Source: a virus
Direction: 5' to 3' (one strand)
DNA length: 32,207 nucleotides
UHGV virus genome: UHGV-1442421
The position numbers and the translations under genes are program-made. Each line of letters begins with the position of its first letter. The first letter of the stretch is position 1. A model generated the notes under the pieces. It was not told where the DNA came from. It saw nothing but the letters and a program-made list of their open reading frames with translations, and did not search any database. Shown here piece after piece: positions 30,183-32,207 of this stretch.

Positions 30183-30350
30183 ATGCACTTCCGAGTCACA
30201 GGTGAATGGAATGGAGAGCCATTCGACAGGGTTATCGAAGCAGAGGACATCAACGACTGCTATGACCACTGGATGCTATGGGCGCAGATAGCACATGCAG
30301 ACGTAACCAATATTCGAATTGAAGAACTGAAAGAACACCAAGCCGCCTGA
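30183..30350 (+). CDS. Hypothetical small protein (55 aa; below ORF-track cutoff)
   Basis: Hand-translated MHFRVTGEWNGEPFDRVIEAEDINDCYDHWMLWAQIAHADVTNIRIEELKEHQAA; SD GGAGATGA; ends in terminator. Confidence 0.45.
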   Translation: MHFRVTGEWNGEPFDRVIEAEDINDCYDHWMLWAQIAHADVTNIRIEELKEHQAA

Positions 30351-30364
30351 TGGCGGTTTTTTCT
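30341..30364 (+). terminator. Intrinsic terminator upstream of xis
   Basis: GCCGCC-TGAT-GGCGGT followed by TTTTTT. Confidence 0.5.
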
Positions 30365-30389
30365 TGCGTGTAATTGCGGAGACTTTGCG

Positions 30390-30608
30390 ATGTACTTGAC
30401 ACTTCAGGAGTGGAACGCTCGCCAGCGACGCCCAAGAAGCCTTGAAACAGTTCGTCGATGGGTGCGCGAATGCAGGATATTCCCTCCTCCGGTTAAGGAT
30501 GGAAGAGAGTATCTGTTCCACGAATCAGCGGTAAAGGTTGACTTAAATCGACCAGTAACAGGTAGCCTTTTGAAGAGGATCAGAAATGGGAAGAAGGCGA
30601 AGTCATGA
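30390..30608 (+). CDS. xis: Excisionase Xis, lambda/HK022 type (72 aa)
   Basis: Translation recognised as lambda Xis (MYLTLQEWNARQRRPRSLETVRRWVRECRIFPPPVKDGREY...). Confidence 0.9.
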   Translation: MYLTLQEWNARQRRPRSLETVRRWVRECRIFPPPVKDGREYLFHESAVKVDLNRPVTGSLLKRIRNGKKAKS

Positions 30609-31659
30609 GCGCCGGGATTTACCCCCTAACCTTTATATAAGAAACAATGGATATTACTGCTACAGGGACCCAAGGACGGGTAAAGAGTTCGGATTAGGCA
30701 GAGACAGAAGGATAGCAGTTTCAGAGGCTATTCAGGCCAATATTGAGTTACTATCCGAGAACAGGCGTGAGTCACTGATAGACAGAATTAAAGGCGCTGA
30801 CGTAATCACTCTTCATGCGTGGCTTGACCGATATGAAACAATCCTCAGCGAGAGGGGTATCAGGCCGAAAACTCTACTCGACTACGCCAGCAAAATCAGG
30901 GCAATCCGAAGAAAATTGCCGGACAAACCGCTCGCTGACATATCAACGAAAGAGGTGGCAGCAATGCTAAACACCTACGTAGCAGAAGGTAAAGCGGCTT
31001 CCGCAAAATTAATCAGGTCAACCCTTGTTGACGTTTTTCGTGAGGCAATAGCCGAGGGGCATGTGGCAACGAATCCGGTAACAGCAACCCGCACAGCAAA
31101 GTCAGAAGTAAGGCGCTCAAGGCTGACAGCTAATGAGTATGTCGCGATTTACCATGCAGCCGAACCTCTCCCAATCTGGCTGAGGCTGGCAATGGATTTG
31201 GCTGTCGTTACAGGGCAGAGAGTGGGCGATTTGTGCAGAATGAAATGGTCAGACATAAACGACAACCATCTTCACATTGAACAGAGTAAAACAGGGGCTA
31301 AGCTCGCCATTCCGCTGACGCTAACGATTGACGCGCTCAATATCTCATTGGCTGATACACTACAGAAATGCAGGGAGACCAGCAGCAGTGAAACAATAAT
31401 TGCATCAACGCATCACGAACCACTTTCCCCGAAAACAGTATCGAAGTATTTTACAAAAGCGAGAAATGCATCTGGACTCTCATTTGATGGAGACCCGCCA
31501 ACATTCCATGAACTGCGTAGCCTGTCGGCGAGGCTATACCTGAACCAGATTGGCGATAAGTTTGCTCAACGTCTTCTCGGGCATAAATCAGATTCAATGG
31601 CGGCGCGGTATAGGGACAGCACAGGCGAGATCTGGGACAAAATTGAAATCAACAAATGA
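30586..31659 (+). CDS. int: Tyrosine integrase, lambda Int family (357 aa)
   Basis: N-terminal arm-binding region as in lambda Int; catalytic motifs HELRSL...LLGH...Y; overlaps xis end. Confidence 0.9.
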   Translation: MGRRRSHERRDLPPNLYIRNNGYYCYRDPRTGKEFGLGRDRRIAVSEAIQANIELLSENRRESLIDRIKGADVITLHAWLDRYETILSERGIRPKTLLDYASKIRAIRRKLPDKPLADISTKEVAAMLNTYVAEGKAASAKLIRSTLVDVFREAIAEGHVATNPVTATRTAKSEVRRSRLTANEYVAIYHAAEPLPIWLRLAMDLAVVTGQRVGDLCRMKWSDINDNHLHIEQSKTGAKLAIPLTLTIDALNISLADTLQKCRETSSSETIIASTHHEPLSPKTVSKYFTKARNASGLSFDGDPPTFHELRSLSARLYLNQIGDKFAQRLLGHKSDSMAARYRDSTGEIWDKIEINK

Positions 31660-32002
31660 CTTTATTTTGACCAACAATGACCTGCTCATGGTAATTTATT
31701 GATAATTAAAGGAATTTTAAATATGAAACTTACCTTATTTAAGGCCCCTTCCTCGGGAGGGGCTTTCCCGTTTCAGCATCCGGCTGAAATCTGCGGCTTA
31801 CCTCCTTTCGCCCTGTATGCAGTCTATCGCTAACGCGTAGATAAAATAGTTTCCTGTGTTATTACTGGATGCGTGCTCGCAAATGTGCCCGCCATTCAGA
31901 CGATTCCCGATAGTGTTTCATAATTCCTCCATTTTTCTCCCTTATTGGCTGGCTACACTAGTATCATTCCGCGAAACGTTTCAGGAAGAGAAACTCTTAA
32001 CG

Positions 32003-32207
32003 ATGAAAGGCAGTTATAAATCCCGTTGGGTAATCGTAATCGTGGTGGTTATCGCCGCCATCGCCGCATTCTGGTTCTGGCAAGGCCGCAATGACTCCCA
32101 GAGTGCAGCCCCAGGGGCGACGAAACAAGCGCAGCAATCGCCAGCGGGTGGTCGCCGTGGTATGCGTTCCGGCCCATTAGCCCCGGTTCAGGCGGCGACC
32201 GCCGTAG
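32003..32207 (+). CDS. mdtA: Host gene, 5' part: MdtA-like RND efflux membrane-fusion protein (first 68 codons; continues beyond window)
   Basis: N-terminal signal-anchor MKGSYKSRWVIVIVVVIAAIAAFWFWQ recognised from memory as E. coli MdtA. Confidence 0.55.
   Translation, partial: MKGSYKSRWVIVIVVVIAAIAAFWFWQGRNDSQSAAPGATKQAQQSPAGGRRGMRSGPLAPVQAATAV

Noticed and set aside
30103-30291. 62-aa ORF overlapping the 55-aa gene at 30183..30350
   Set aside because: No SD and a low-complexity product; the alternative frame has SD GGAGATGA and ends in the terminator hairpin.
31722-31832. 36-codon ORF (MKLTLFKAPSSGG...) after int
   Set aside because: Lies in the probable att/junction region and contains the GC hairpin; no supporting homology recognised.

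Overview
The window is almost entirely one mosaic lambdoid prophage, ending in a host junction just upstream of a partial mdtA-like efflux gene (32003..32207). No database search was run: all protein calls rest on my reading of the six-frame translations, recognition of well-known phage proteins from memory, gene order and motifs. Coordinates include the stop codon, following the ORF track. Minus strand, low to high coordinate: P22/Sf6-like virion genes (ejection proteins gp16 partial, gp20, gp7; gp14; tail needle; gp10; gp4; coat; scaffold; portal; large and small terminase), then a 435-bp non-coding joint, a lambda-type lysis cassette (Rz/Rz1, R, S), the PR'/tR' region, lambda-type Q, a nin region (NinH, RusA, YbcO-like, Rha/KilAC antirepressor, NinF, NinE, a PAPS-reductase-like enzyme, NinB), a tR2-like terminator, DnaB-type helicase and an O-like initiator containing iterons, cII, nutR and 434-type cro. 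Plus strand: 434-type cI with three OR and three OL operators, a signal-peptide moron in the rexAB position, nutL and lambda-type N, a four-gene AT-rich cassette, cIII/kil-like genes, Erf, SSB, a seven-ORF cluster of unknown function, then lambda-type Xis and Int. No CRISPR array or rRNA was seen; one degenerate tRNA-like element lies between Q and S. The best candidates for undescribed accessory systems are the moron after cI, the cassette after N, and the cluster between ssb and xis; none can be assigned a function from sequence alone.
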